Origin: Heterodontus francisci
Taxonomy: Eukaryota
Reading direction: 5' to 3'
Length of the DNA: 64,000 nt
Assembly: GCF_036365525.1 (NCBI RefSeq)
Contig: NC_090399.1
Span: forward strand, 57,382,430 to 57,446,429
A program made the translations under genes and the position numbers. Positions 1-13,989 of this stretch are shown piece by piece. Under the pieces are notes generated by a model. That model was not told the DNA's origin, ran no database searches, and saw nothing but the letters and a program-made list of their open reading frames with translations. Position 1 is the first letter of the stretch; each line of letters opens with the position of its first letter.

Positions 1-2359
1 TTACCACCTACCGCCCTCCCTCAGCTGATGACTCAGTACTACACCATGTTGAACACCACTTGGAGGAATCACTGAGGGTGGCAAGGGCACAGAATGTACT
101 CTGGGTGGGGGACTTCAATGTTCATCACCAAGCGTGGCTCGGTAGCACCACTACTGACCGAGCTGGCCGAGTCCTAAAGGACATAGCTGCTAGACTGGGT
201 CTGTGGCAGGTGGTGGGGGAACCAACACAAGGGAAAAACCTACTTGACCTCGTCCTCACCAATCTGCCTGCTGCAAATGCTTCTGTCCATGACTGTATTG
301 GTAGGAGTGACCACCTCACAGTCCTTGTGGAGGTGAGGTCCCGCCTTCACATTGAGGATACTGTCCATCGTGTTGTGTGGCACTATCACCGTGCTAAATG
401 GGATAGATTTTGAACAGATCTAGCAATGCAAAACTGGGCATCCATGAGGCGCTGTGGGCCATCAGCAGCAGCAGAATTGTACTCAACCACAATCTGTAAC
501 CTCATGGCCCGGCATATCCCCCACTCTACCATGACCATCAAGCCAGAAGACCAACCCTGGTTCAATGAAGAGTGCAGGAGGGCATGCCAGGAGCAGCACC
601 AGGCATACCTCAAAATGAGGTGTCAACCTGGTGAAGCTACAACACAGGACTCTCTGCGTGCCAAACTGTGTAAGCAGCATGCGATAGACAGAGCTAAGTG
701 ATCCCATAACCAACGTATCAGATCTAAGCTCTGCAGTCCTGCTACATCCAGCTGTGAATGGTGGTGGACAATTAAACAACTAACTGGAGGAGGTGGCTCT
801 TAAATATCCCCATCCTCAATGTTGGGGGAGCCCAGCACATCAGTGCGAAAGATAAGGCTGAAGCATTTGCAACAATCTTCAGCCAGAAGTGCCGATGATC
901 CATCTCGGCCTCTTCCTGAAGTCCCCAGCATCACAGATGCCTGATTTCAGCCAATTCGATTCACTCCGCGTGATATCAAGAAAAGACTGAAGACACTGGA
1001 TACTGCAAAAGCTACGGCCCTGATAAAATTCCGGCAATAGTACTGAAGATCTGTGCTCCAGAACTTGCCGCGCGCCCTAGCCAAGCTGTTCCAGTACAGC
1101 TACAACACTGGCATCTACCCTGCAATGTGGAAAATTGCCCAGGTATGTCCTGTACACAAAAAACAGGACAAATCCAACCCGGCCAATTACTGCCCCATCA
1201 GCCTACTCTCTATCATCAGTAATGTGATGGAAGGGGTCATCAACAGTGCCATCAAGCGGCACTTGCTAAGCAATAACCTGTCCAGTGACGCTCAATTTGG
1301 GTTGCGCCAGGGCCACTCAGCTCCTGACCTCATTAGAGCCTTGGTTCAAACATGGACAAAAGAGCTGAACTCAAAAGGTGAGGTGAGAGTGACTGCCCTT
1401 GACATCAAGGCAGCATTTGACCGAGTATGGCATCAAGGAGCCCGAGCAAAACTGAGGTCAATGGGAATCAGGGGGAAAACCCTCCGCTGGTTGGAGTCAT
1501 ACCTAGGGCAAAGGAAGATGGTTGTGGTTGTTGGAGGTCAATCATCTGAGCTCCAGGACATCACTGCTGGAGTTCCTCAGGGTAGTCTCCTAGGCCCAAC
1601 CATCTTTAGCTGCTTCATCAATGATCTTCCTTCAATCATAAGGTCAGAAGTGGGGATGTTCGCTGATGATTACACAATGTTCAGCACCATTTGTGACTCC
1701 TCAGATACTGAAGCAGTCTGTGTAGAAATGCAGCAAGACCTGGACAATATCCAGGCTTGGGCTGATAAGTGGCAAGTAACATTCGCGAGTAACTCTCCTC
1801 CTGACTCCCCAAAGCCTGTCCACCATCTACAAGGCACAAGTCAGGAGTATGATGGAATACTCTCCACTTGTCTGGATGGGTGCAGCTCCAACAACACTGA
1901 AGAAGCTCGACACCATCCAGGACAAAGCAGCCCGCTTGATTGGCACCCCATCTACAAACATTCACTCCCTCCACCACCGACGCACAGTGGCAGCAGTGTG
2001 TACATTCTAGAAGATGCACTGCAGCAATGCACCAAGGCTCCTTGGACAGCACCTTCCAAACCCGCGACCTCTACCACCTAGAAGGACAAGGGCAGCACAT
2101 ACATAGGAACATCACCACCTGCAAGTTCGCGTCCAAGTCACACACCATCCTGACTTGGAACTATATCGCCGTTCCTTCACTATCGCTGGGCCAAAATCCT
2201 GGAACTCGCTTCCTTTCAGTGGGTGTACCTACCCCACATGGACTGCAGCGGTTGAAGAAGGCAGCTCATCACCACCTTCTCAAGGGCAATTAGGGATGGG
2301 CAATAAATGCTGGCCTGGCCAGCGTCGCCCACATCCCATGAATGAATAAAAAAAAAGAA
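1..2359 (+). mobile_element. Non-LTR retrotransposon (APE endonuclease + RT, CR1/L2-group), decayed, with an internal deletion near 1790
   Basis: GDFN and SDH endonuclease motifs; WKIAQVCPVHK, YCPISLLS, LDIKAAFD, PQGSLLGP, FADD; stops and frameshifts; ends aatgaataaaaaaaaa. Confidence 0.92.
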
Positions 2360-5300
2360 ACCCTCATGACCATCAAGTGTTAGTGGCTGCCAACTTTTCA
2401 GCGTGAAATGTTTCTGAAACTGACTAGAGGCAGCAGATACAGAAGGAAAACTATGGAAACTAAACAAATGCATCAATGGCCTGAATGATGCTTCCAGGGT
2501 GTGGTATCTTTCAGTGAGATCTGTTTTGCTGAAAATAGCTTCTGTTCAACTAAAAGTAGATCCGCAATGTTTTATTTGTATCCTAAAGGAACACTTTCAG
2601 GAATCTTCATGATACGTGTTAGTGATTTCTTATGGGGTGGTATTGGAGAATTTGAGAAATGTGTTCTTTCTCAGATTAGATTAGAATTTAAAATTGGGAG
2701 TCAGACCAGTGGGACTTTTAAATATATTGGTTTAGATATGAAGCAAAGTAGATCTGAAGTAACTTTAATCACAATCCTAATAGAGAGGTGTTACTCCCAT
2801 CCTGGTTAATTGGTCATCAGAGAAAGATGATGTTATATCTGAAGAAGAGACAGAACAATTTCAAAGCTGATTTTTTTCCCAAAGATATGCTTTATTTATA
2901 AAATTTTTAAAAGTATACTGCAAAATTCAAATTGTATATTTCATCAAGTGCAATAAAGTTCAGTTTCTTTCAATGCGGTCCAGGAGGTGCCTCACAACTC
3001 TTGCCATACAGCCCGAGGGGTTTTACATGGGTTCCACCCTTGTTACACTTTGACAGTAGGACCTTACATAGTGGTCTTTCCCCATTGAGCCTTTGCTGCC
3101 CCAAGCTTTAATGCATCCCTCAACATGTAGTTCTATACCTTGGAATGTGCCAGTCTGCAACACTTGGTTGTGGACAACTCTTTGCACTGGAAGACCAGCA
3201 TGTTTTGGGCAGATCAAAGTGAGTCTTTCATCTGGTTGATGATTATCTCAGTGTGCGTCCCTGGTAACAGCCTATAGAGCACAGAGTCCTGCATTATGGA
3301 GCTGCTCGGGATGAACCTCGACAAAATCCACTGCATCTCTTTGCAGACCTGCCTTGCAAATGCACATTCCAGAAGGAGGTGGGTGACAGTCTCTCCCCCA
3401 CCACAGCCACCTCGAGGGCAGTGTGCAGAGGCGGTGAGACTCTGGCTATGCAGGAAGGATCTGATGGGGAGGGCCCTTGTCACCGCCAGCCAAGCTATGT
3501 CTTGGTGCTTGTTTGAATGTTCTGGCAATGAGGCATTCTGCCAAATGACTCTGACAGTCTGCTCGGGGAACCATCCGACAGGATCCACCATCTCCTTTTC
3601 CCGCAGGGCCTTGAGGACGTTCTGTGCGGACCAATGCCTGATGGACTTCTGGTCAAAGATGTTTTTCAGTACAAACATTTCCACAAGGGAGAGGTGGTAC
3701 TGGACAGTCCAACTGAATGGAGCGTTCCACGGTAACGTAGCCAGACCCATCCTTCACAATACTGAGGACAGACAGATCAACAGCACATAGTGACAGCTTG
3801 TGTCTGCATACCCGAGGTCTACGCACAGCTTGATGCAGCCACAGACAAAGGTGGCCATCAGGATGAGGGTGATGGGGTGATGTTGGGTACGTTTCCCCTC
3901 CCCCCCTTTATCTAGAGGTTTGAACATCATGTCCCTGCGGACGTGGTCCATTTTCAATCTCCAGGTAAAGTAGAAGAAAGCTCTGGTGACCGCCATGACG
4001 CAGAAGTGGATATGGGCCGTCCTGTGCCATGTACAGCAACACTGAGAGCGCCTCACACCTGATGACCAGGTTCTTAGCCACAATATAGAGGGAGTGCCAC
4101 TCCCACATGACCAGTTTCTGTTTCCCCATGGCTACTCACTCCTTCCGGTTTTTGTCCCCAGCCCCAGTCCCTCCGAGCCATATCCCCAGCACCTTCAGAC
4201 AGTCTGACCTGACAGTGAAGGAGACAAAGGATCGATTGGCACAATTCCCAAAGAACTTGGCCTCTTTCTTGCCACAATTTACTTTGGCTCTGGAGGCCAG
4301 TTCAAAGTGGTCACAGATGCTCATCAGTGTGCGAACTGACAGCGGATCTGAGCAGAAGACGGCAACATCATCCATGCAAAGCTTGATCGGTCACTTGAAC
4401 TGGTTGTGCACTCAGACTAGACCAGATTCTAGTTTTGATATGTTGGTGTTAAGTTCTATGATGAAACACCATAAAGTCAAAAAGGTTTGAAGGGCAAATA
4501 AAATGTTGAAAAAATAAATCTGGAGAAATGTGTACTTAAGTTCCCAACTTAGGTGACCCAAAGAACATGCAATAGTTATTTTTAGTGAGGCTTCACCTGC
4601 TAATCTTCCTGATAGGTATTAGAGTGCAGCTGGTTTCATGTTATTTCTAATGGGTGAAAATGGGAAATGTTGTCCTTTAGTTAGGGAGGCTAAGAAAATA
4701 AAGCAGGCCTATTAAAAGTACTTTAGTGCAGAAACACTGGCTTTTGTGAGGCAGTGGGATTCTATTTGACAAACATTTTAAGTAGGATTCTATACAATGG
4801 ACATACTGGGAGATAGTATACCCATTGAATGCCATGTAGATAATCGTTCCTTTTGGGATAATGTACACTCTATGAAACATGTGAGTGAGAAAAGGATATG
4901 GATTGACTTTACTGGCTTAAAACAAATGTTGGAGAGAAATGAAATCTCTAAAATTAAATGGGTAGCTGCAAGTCACCAACAATCTGAATTGTTTTACAAA
5001 AAGAAATGCTTGTACAAAGAACTTGTTAGGGGTCTTTGGGCCGAAGGGCCTGTTTCGGTGCTGTATCTCTCTCTCTCTCTCTTTGACTCTCCATGTCCTC
5101 GAGGAGGAGCATCTGGCAATATAACGCTCTGTACTGAATATGGAAATTGTTTCTGATTTTCTTTTGAAATGTTATTTGTGCATATTAACTCTTAAGATTT
5201 ATTTAAAAAGAAAGAAGGGAATCTGTTAATTGTATATCAATTGTGTTTATTTATATGCAGGTGAAGGGCATTAATTGGAGTTTTATTTTAGCACATATAA

Positions 5301-5427
5301 AGTGACACTTACTGAAACTGTGTGGTCAAGTTAGGAGGTATATGCTTGTAATGTTTCACACTGTAAAGACTGAGTAAAGTTTGGGTCCCATATCATCCTT
5401 CATCAGTTGGTTTTCTGCAATAGAACA
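2360..5427 (+). mobile_element. Ty1/copia LTR retrotransposon remnant (RT-RNase H, PPT, 3' LTR ~5224-5427), GalEa-like, split by an L1/Tx1 insertion
   Basis: LWKLNKCINGLNDASRVWY, IRVSDFLWGG (degenerate xVDD), FKYIGL, SLIGHLNWLCTQTRPD, FSEASPANLPD, EKRIWID, KWV; purine tract aaaaagaaagaaggga then TGTT...AACA. Confidence 0.75.
2871..4376 (-). mobile_element. 5'-truncated L1/Tx1-clade LINE ORF2 fragment
   Basis: MDDV RT motif, ASRAKVNCGK, LKVLGI, C-terminal zinc knuckle CPRGGCGGGETVTHLLLEC; A-rich 3' end at 2871; flanked by caaagctga / caaagcttga, a probable TSD. Confidence 0.85.
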
Positions 5428-5505
5428 AGAGAGACAGACACTGCATTAAGATTGTACAGTAAGCACCAGTTATAAAGTTCCAGTTGAAGGCCATTGAAGG
5501 ATCTG

Positions 5506-8500
5506 TTTTTTTTTTAAATTCATTCATGAGGTGTGACAGTCACTGGCAAGGCCACAGCATTTATTTCCCATCCCTTATTGCCCATGAGAAGGTAGTAATG
5601 AGCTGCCTTCTTGAACCGCTGCTGCCCGTGTGGTGTAGGTACACCCACAGTGCTGTTAGGGAGGGAAACCAGGATTTTGTCCCAGCGACAGTGAAAGAAC
5701 AGTGATATACTTTCAAGTCGCATGATGTGTGACTTGGAGGGGAATTTACAGGTGATGGTGTTCCCATATGTCTGCTGTCCTTGTCCTTGTAGGTGGTAAA
5801 GGTTGAGGATTTGGAGAATGCTGTTGAAGGAGGCTTGGTAAGTTGTTGCAATGGATCTTGTAGATGGTACACACTGCTACACTGTGCACTGGTGGTGGAT
5901 GGGTGCAGATCAAGAGGTTGATTTTTCCTGGATGGTGTCGAGCTTCTTGAATGTTGTTGGAGCTGCACTCATCCAGGCAAGTGGAGAGTATTTCATCACA
6001 CACCTGACTTAAGCTTTCCAAATATTGAGCAGAATTTGGGGAATTACTCACATCAGAATTCCCAGATGCTGACCTGCTCTTGTAGGTACAGTATATAGCT
6101 GCTTAAGCTAATTTTCTGGTCAATGGTAAACCCCACTGCCTTCCTCCAAATGTTGAACGTGGTATTTCAGTGACGGTAATGTTGTTGAATGTCAAAGGGA
6201 GATGGTTAGATTCTCTCTTGTTGGAGATGGTCATTGCCTGGCATTGTGTGGCATGAATATTACTTACCACTTATCAGCATAAGCCTGAAGGTTAAATGTT
6301 GTCCAGATCTTGCTACAGGTGGGCATGGACTGCTTCAGTATCTGAGGAGTGGCACACGGTACTGAACACTGTGCCATCCTCAGTGAATATGCAATATCCT
6401 TGGGAGAGATGATTGGCCTCCTAACCACAACCATCTTCCCTTTGTGCTGGGTATGATTCCAACCAGTGGAGAGTTTTCCCCCGATTCCCATTGACTTCCA
6501 ATTTTGTGAGTGCTCCTTGATGTCATACTCGGTCAAAGGCTGCCTTGATGTCAAGGGCAGTCACTCTCACCTCACTTCTTGAATTCATCTCTTTTGTCCA
6601 AGTTTGATCCAAGCTGTAGTGAGGTCTGGAGCCGAGTGCCCTGGTGGAACCCAAACTGAGCATTGGTTAGCAGGTTGCTGCTGAGTAAGTGCCGCTTGAC
6701 AGCGCTGTCGACAACACCTTCTCTCACTTTGCTGATGATTAGAGTAGACTGATGGGGCGGTAATTGTCTGGATTGAATTGGGCTGCTATATGTGGACAGG
6801 ACACACCTGGGCAATGTTCCACATTGTCGAGTAGATGCCAGTGTTGTAGCTGTACTGGAACTGCTTGGCGAGGGGTGCAGCTAGTTCTGGAGCACGAATT
6901 TTCAGTACTACAACTTGGATGTTTTCAGGGCCCATAGCCTTTGCTGTATCCACAGTGCGCTGCTATTTCTCAGAGTCATAGAGTTATACAGCACAGAAAC
7001 AGGCCCTTTGGCCCACTGTGGTCTGCGCCGGCCATCAAGCCTATCTATTCTAATCCCATTTTCCAGCACTTGGCCCGTAGCCTTGTATGCTATGGCATTT
7101 CAAGTGCACATCTAAATACTTCTTAAATGTTGTGAGGGTTCCTGCCTCTACCACCCCTTCAGGCAGTGTGTTCCAGATTCCAACCACCTGCTGGGTGAAA
7201 TTTTTTTTCCTCAAATCCCCTCTAAACCTCCTCCCCTTAAATCTATGCCCCCTGGTTATTGACCCCTCTGCTAAGGGAAAAAGTTTCTTCCTATCTACCC
7301 AATCTATGCCCCTCATAATTTTGTATTCCTCTGTCAGATCTCCCGTCAGCCTTCTCTGCTCTAAGGAAAACAATCCTAGCCTATCCAGTCTCTCTTCATA
7401 GCTGAAATGCTCCAGCCCAGGCAATTTCCTCTGCACCCTCTGCAGTGCAATCACATCCTTCCTATAATGTGGCGACCAGAACTGTACACAATACTCCAGC
7501 TGTGGCCTAACTAGCATTTTATACAGCTCCATCATAACCTCCCTGCTCTTATATTCTATGCCTTGGCTAATAAATGCAAGTATCTCATATACCTTCCTCG
7601 CCACCTTATCTACCTATCTTGATATCATGTGGAGTGAAACTGGCTGCAGACTGGCATCTATGATGCTGGGGTCCTCAGTAGGAGGCCAAGATGGATCATG
7701 CACTCCACACATATGGCTGGAGATGGTTGAAAATATTTCAAACTTGTCTTTTGCACTGACATCCTGGGCTCCCCCATCATTGAGGATGGGGTTGTTTGTG
7801 AAGCCTCCTCCTCCTGTTAGTTGTTTAATTGTTCTCCACCATTCCTGACTGGATGTGACAGGACTGCAGAGCCTGGATCTGATTCGTTGGTTGTGGGATC
7901 GATTAGCTCTCTCTATCCCATGCTGTTTCTTCTGCTTATCATACATGTAGTCCTGTGTTGTAGCTTCACCAGGTTGGCACCTCATTTTTAGGTATGCCTG
8001 GTGCTGCTCCTGGCATGCTCTCCTGCACTCCTCATAGGACCAGGATAGGTCCTCTGGCTTGATGCTAATGGTAGAGTGGAGGATATGAAAGGCCATGAGG
8101 TTACAGATTGTGGTTGAATATAATTCTGCTGCTGCTGATGGCCCACAGTGTCTCATGGATTCCCAGCTTTGAGCTGCCACACCTGTTTTGAATCTATCCC
8201 ATTTATCATGGTGATAGTGCCATGCAACATGATGGAGGGTCTCCTCAGTGTGAAGATGGGACTTCATCTGCTCAAGAACTATGTGTAGCCACTCCTACCA
8301 AGACTGACATGGGCAGTTGGTGAGGTAAAGTATGTTTTTCCCTCTTGTTGGTTCTCTCATCACCTGCTGCAGGCCCAGTCTGGCAGATATGCCCTTCAGG
8401 ACTTGGGCAGCTTGGTCAGTAATGGTGCTGCCAAACTGCTGTTGGTGATGGACATTGAAGTCCCCTACCCTGAGTACATTCTGTACCCTTGCTGCCCTCA

Positions 8501-9125
8501 GTGCTTCTTCCAAGTGATGTTTATCATGGATGAGTGATTCAACAGCTGAGGGGGATCTGTAGGTGGTATTCAGCAGGAGGTTTCCTTGTTTATTTTTGAC
8601 CTGATGACATGAGACATCATGGGGTCTGGAGTCGATGTTGAGGACTTCCAGGACAACTACCTCCCAACTGTATACCACTGTGCTGCCACCAATGGTGGTT
8701 CTGTCCTGTCGGTGGGACAGGACATACCCAGGGATGGTGATGGAGGAGTCTAGGACATTGGCTGTAAGGTATGATTCTGTGAGTATGACTATGTCAGGCT
8801 CTTGTTTGACTGGTCTGTGGCGCAGCTCTCCCAATTTCGGCACAAGTCCCCAGATGTTAGCGACGAGAGCTTTGCAGGGTTGACTGGGCAGGGTGGAGCC
8901 TTTGTTTTTTTCGCTGTCTAGGTCAATGCCGGGTGGTCTGTCTATTTTTATTCTTTGACTTTTCTGTCATGGTTTGATACAATTGAGTGGCTTGCTAGGC
9001 CATTTCAGAGGGCAGTTAAGAGTCAACCAAATTACAGTCAGTCTGAAGTCACATGTAGGTCAGACCAGGTAAGGACAGCAGTGAACCAGATGGGTTTTTA
9101 TGACAATCTGGTAACTTGATGATTC
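5506..9125 (-). mobile_element. Second, more diverged copy of the LINE family at 1-2359, interrupted by CR1 at ~6972-7612
   Basis: ORFs 8295..8843, 7614..8267 and 5520..5723 match the first copy (EPDIVILTES, GDFNVHH, ECRRACQEQHQAYLKMRCQPGE); same 3' tail. Confidence 0.9.
6972..7612 (-). mobile_element. CR1 LINE 3' fragment nested in an older LINE
   Basis: LVRPQLEYCVQFWSPHY, SYEERL, RRLTGDL, TRGHRFK; CR1-type ctctatgactct tail. Confidence 0.92.
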
Positions 9126-9499
9126 CAATTTCTGAGACATACTTTTTATTTTATTTTATTTATGAAATTATTGAATTTAAACTGCACCCGCTTTAATTGA
9201 GGGATTTGAACTCATGCCTATGGAGTATTAGTCTGAGCTTCTGGATTAGTTGTCCAGTAACATTACTACTATACTATTGATCCGTTGAGACAGAAGATGA
9301 GCCATGATCATAGTGAATGGTGGGGAAGGCTCGATGGGCCTTATCATCGACTCCTCCTATTTCTTCTGTGCTTAGAATCCTATTTTTACAACATATCTGC
9401 AAATGAGTCAGTAAAACAAATATGAATAAATTAATCCATGATAATCTTATTCAACATCAGGAATAACAACTTTTTCCACATTACGTGACATTTAAAAGA

Positions 9500-10240
9500 A
9501 TATAAGAAATAGGAGCAGCAGTAGACCATACGGTTCGTCAAGCCTGCTCCACTTTTCAATTTGATCATGGCTGATCTTCTGCCTCAATTCCACTTTCCAT
9601 CCCATTCCCCATATCCCTTGATTCCCTGAGTGACCTGTCTCTCTCAGCCTTAAATATATTCAACGATGGAGCATCCACAACCCTCTGGGGTAGAGAATTC
9701 CAAAGATTCACAACGCTTGGAGTGAAGTAATTTCTCCTCATCTCATTCCTAAATGATCGGTCCTGTATCCTGACACTGTGCCCCCGGATTCTAGATTCCC
9801 TGATCAGTGGAAACAATCTCTCAGTATCTACCCTATCCAGCACCTCCAGAATGCTGTATGTTTCAATGAGATCACCTCTCATTCTTCTAAACTCCAGAGA
9901 ACATGAACCCAATTTACTCAGCCTCTTATCATAGGACAATTCTCTCATCCTAGGAACCAATCTAGTGAACCTTTAAAGTACAGCCTCCAATGCAAATAGA
10001 TCTTTCCTTCAGTATAGTGATTGGAACTGCACAAAGCATTCCAGATGTGGTCTCACCAAAGCCCTGTGCAATTGTGGCAAGATTTCCTTATTCCTGGACT
10101 CCAATTCCCTTGCATTTGCCTTCCTAATTGCTTGCTGTACCTACATGTTAACTTTCTATGAGTACACCTAAGCACTGCTGAACACCAATGTTTGGAAGTT
10201 TCACACCTTTTAAAAAATAATCTGCTTTTCTATTTTTTCA
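9500..10240 (-). mobile_element. CR1 LINE 3' fragment
   Basis: LEFRRMRGDLIETY, RGHS, VVNLWNSLP. Confidence 0.88.
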
Positions 10241-10784
10241 CACTAGGTCACAACAGGATGCATCTGTCCTTAGCTCAGCATTTCAAGGCATCAACAGTTT
10301 AGCTAATATTTACATATCCTTTCACACCTTATGTGACAATTTGCATACTGCAATTTATTCTTACACATCTTGTTAAATACTTGTTATTAAAAATGGAGAA
10401 GAGAAAGTTTATCCCATGTATACTCTTCACCTTGAAGAGAAGGAATCCTATCCAACTCCTCACATTTAGACAATTAGTTTTTAATTAATGCAGCCAATTT
10501 AAAACTCAAATATTTTGTCAAACATTTCATTAAGCATCACAAATAACATACATCATGATTATTAGTACAGTGATTACAATTCTCTGAGCACAAATTATAA
10601 TCATAGACCAAATCCCTCTCCATGGGTGCTGACTGACATTATACCCTACTTTGCACCATTTATTATTGCCTAACATTACTGTGCCCCTTTCCATGGTAGT
10701 TTATATGACAGTGACTACAAACATCAGTTATATTACAGCTTGGTGGCATAGTGACATTCAGACACATTTTATCTGTCTCACTCT

Positions 10785-11110
10785 AGACAAGGACAAACTG
10801 TACCGATTAACTAATGGTACAAGGACTAGGGGACACAGATTGAAGGTTTTGGTCAAGAGAAGCGTGGGAATATGAGAAAGAACTTGTTACACAGCGGGTG
10901 GTAAGGATCTGGAACTCGCTGCCCACAAGGGTGGTGGAAGTGGAGGCAATCAATGACTTCAAAAGGAAATTAGATGGCCAGTTGAAGGAAATATATCTTC
11001 AGGAGATTGAGTGGGGGAGTAGGACTGATTAGGGAGCTCCGTGGAGAACTGGCATGGACTTGATGGGCCGAATGGCCTCCTTCTGTGCTGGATATGACTC
11101 TATGACTCTC
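10785..11110 (+). mobile_element. CR1 LINE 3' end
   Basis: RTRGHRLK, WNSLP, tail atgactctatgactct. Confidence 0.8.
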
Positions 11111-12074
11111 CATACGATCTCTGTAGTAGTAGGTAGCCTCTCAAGGTAGGTAACCAGACCTAGAACAATTAATACTCTAAGAAACACATTCCACCTGCCG
11201 GCAAGGTGTAGTATTTATTCCTTGACAGTTTTGAGCTGATTAATGTGATACTATTTGATATAACTCAGACATTTCTTACTTAAAAACTGAACTATATACA
11301 TGGCAGGACTGGCCTGATCAGTGATAGGGTATAGTCCTGCCGTTTTTGTTCTAACAAAATGGTCCTTTTTACCATAATTTAGGACCATTACAGAGTCTCC
11401 AATTTGATACTCAAATGGATGATCCTATTTGTCAAAGTACTTTTAGACCTGATTCTTGGATTCTCCCAAATTCCATGTTACGAATTGATTCGTCTGATCG
11501 ATGTAATGGATCATCTGCTTCAACCACTCAGTGGTACAACTGCTTTAAAGCAAAGGACCTGCTGTGGGCACCAGTAGGTGTCCAGGCATACACATCAGAC
11601 ATCCTGTCATTACCCGATAGGGGTAAATTCATGTAGTACGACACTGTCTAGATCACATCACCAGTAAATACATTGGTAACATGCTCACCCATTGAAAGGG
11701 GTGATCTGCACAGAACTTTTTAAACATTGTTTGAAGTCCTATTCTCTCTTTCCACTACTCCAGATCATTGAGGATGGTGACATATGGGCAATTTGTATTT
11801 AATCCTCATCAATTTCTGTCGTTCAGTCAAAACGTTTCCTGTAAGATGTGATCCTTGATCACTAGCTACCTGTATGTGCACTCCCCACCTGCAGATCACC
11901 TCAATCAATGATATTTTAGCCTCAACAAAAGCACGATTATTATGGTAAGGAAAAGCCTCTGTCCATTTGATCAACTTGTCTAATATAAGTAGCACATGTT
12001 ACTGGTTAACTGGAGGAGTTGGCAATGAACTGATAACATCGAGCTGAAGGTGCATCCAGGGTCCTGCAGGAGGT

Positions 12075-13545
12075 CATAGAGTCATTACAACACAGATTGA
12101 AGCCATTTGGCCCATTGTGTCCATGCCAGCTCCCTATACAGAGTCAGTCCCATTCCCTCGCCCTACCCCCGTAGGCCGGAAAGTTTCTTTCTCTCAAGTG
12201 TCGATCCAATTTCCTTTTGAAATCATTGATCGGCCCTGCTTCCATCACCCTCGTAGGCAGCGAGTTACAGGTCATTACCACTCGCTGCATATAAAAATTC
12301 TTCTTCATATTTCCCCTGCATCTTTTGTCCAAAACCTTAAATCTGTGTCCCCTCGTCCTTGCACCATCAGCCAATGGGAACAGATTTTCTTTGTCTACCT
12401 TATCTAAATCTGACATAAATGTGTACCTCTCTGTTAAATCTCCCCTCAACTTCCTTTGCTCCAAGAAGAATAACCCCAGTTTCTCCAACCTAACCTTGTA
12501 ACTAAAATCCTGCAGCTGGAATTTTACACCCCCTGCAGGAGCGGGCTGGAGGTGGAGGAGGGAGGTTGTAAAACTGAGTGGGAGGTGGGGGGGTGCCGTT
12601 CCCGTCGCCTTCCAGCACTCGCTGCAGTTTCACGTGCGGTGGTGGCGGCAAGAAACGGCCCACCCGCCTCAGGCCAATTAAAGCCCTTAAGTAGCCAATT
12701 AACAGCCACTTCAGGGCCTCCTCCCATCACTGCCAGTCCATTACCAGCAGCATGTGGGCAGCTCAAGACCTTAAGAGGCCACTCGGCAAAACCTAGCAGC
12801 CACCACTGCAGCACATTCCTCCCCTCTGCCCCCACAACTGACTCCGCTTGCCTTGACAGGGCCCGGCCGATTGTCCCCGGTGAGGCCCTGCACACTTAGC
12901 TTCATTCTAAGGCCAGCATCCATGCTGCACCTCTCGCCGGGTGCAGTGCCAGTCGTGCCACCGCTCCTGGTGGCACTGCTGGGACTGAGAGCTGACAGCC
13001 CGCTGATTGGCAGCTCCTGGAGGTTGGAGTTCCTGCCTCAGAGGGGTTGAACTCCTGCCCGAGGACAATTAACGGCCAGGGGCACGTAAAATCTCTGCAT
13101 GGCTTCCAGGTGGGATGGAGGCGGGCTCGCCCCCGAATTCTTGGCCGTTGGGTGGGGCCTCCAGCCCAACGTACGATTCCAGCCTGCATCCCTGGAACCA
13201 TTCTGGTAAATCTCCTCTGCACCCTCTCAAAGACTCTCACAACCTTCCTAAAATGTGATGTTCAGAACTGGATGCAATACTTTAGTTGTGGCCTAACCAG
13301 AGCTTCAAAATGGTAAAGCATAATTTCTATTCAATTATTTATCTATTTATGCAGTACAAGTTCCCACATGCTCTGCTAATTATTCTCTCAACATGTTCTG
13401 CCACCTTCAAAGGTCTACGCACATGAATACCCTGGTCCCTCTGTTCCTGCAAACTGTGTTGTTAAGTCTCTATTGCTTCTTCCTATTTCTTCTGCCAAAA
13501 TGCAACATCTCACATTGCTCTGTAGTAAATTCCATCTGCTACTTG
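12075..13545 (-). mobile_element. CR1 LINE fragment inserted in the integrase, itself split by a MITE
   Basis: ERVQRRFTRMVPG | EKLGLFFLEQRKLRGDL, TRGHRFK. Confidence 0.85.
12514..13184. mobile_element. Non-autonomous TIR element (MITE, PIF/Harbinger-like)
   Basis: Ends agctggaattttac...gtacgattccagcc form an imperfect inverted repeat; 3-bp TSD TGC; GC-rich; interrupts the CR1 cleanly. Confidence 0.7.
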
Positions 13546-13989
13546 TACAGGAAAGTGCAGTTGGTGTTTGTAGGAGGATTGTACTGTGCTTACAGGTAAT
13601 GTTACTTGTCTTATCTGGCTCCCATACAGTTTGAGCTATTTTCTGGACAGTTAATATCCACAAAGAAATGTGCTCCCAGGACGACTGTGAAACAGCTCAA
13701 AGAGCTCCTCCCCCACCCCTCTTCTCACATCATATCACATTCATTTCTCATCAGTTCATAACAGGATGCACCTGTCCTGAGCTTTGCATTTTGTCGGCTT
13801 TATATTTGACACATATCCTTTTGCACCTCGCATGACCATTTGCATACTGTAATTTATTTTTACACACGTATTATTGCTGCATACTTGTAATTAAAAATCG
13901 AGAAGAGAAAGCTTATTCTGTGCCCTTACAGTGCCTCATCTCCAGGCCGATCCTCCAATGTCATCCAACCATCTGTGCTCAGACTGTTT

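Larger units (their letters stand above)
10240..13925 (-). mobile_element. Deleted ERV-like LTR element: integrase remnant between two diverged ~180-bp direct repeats, with nested CR1 and MITE
   Basis: ORF 11765..11995 KWTEAFP...VICRWG...IQVASDQGSH...HHPQ (rve core), preceded by GPWMHLQLD; direct repeats at ~10245-10425 and ~13755-13925. Confidence 0.6.

Noticed and set aside
1053-2081. Active reverse transcriptase gene
   Set aside because: Upstream stops and frameshifts plus an internal deletion; decayed LINE
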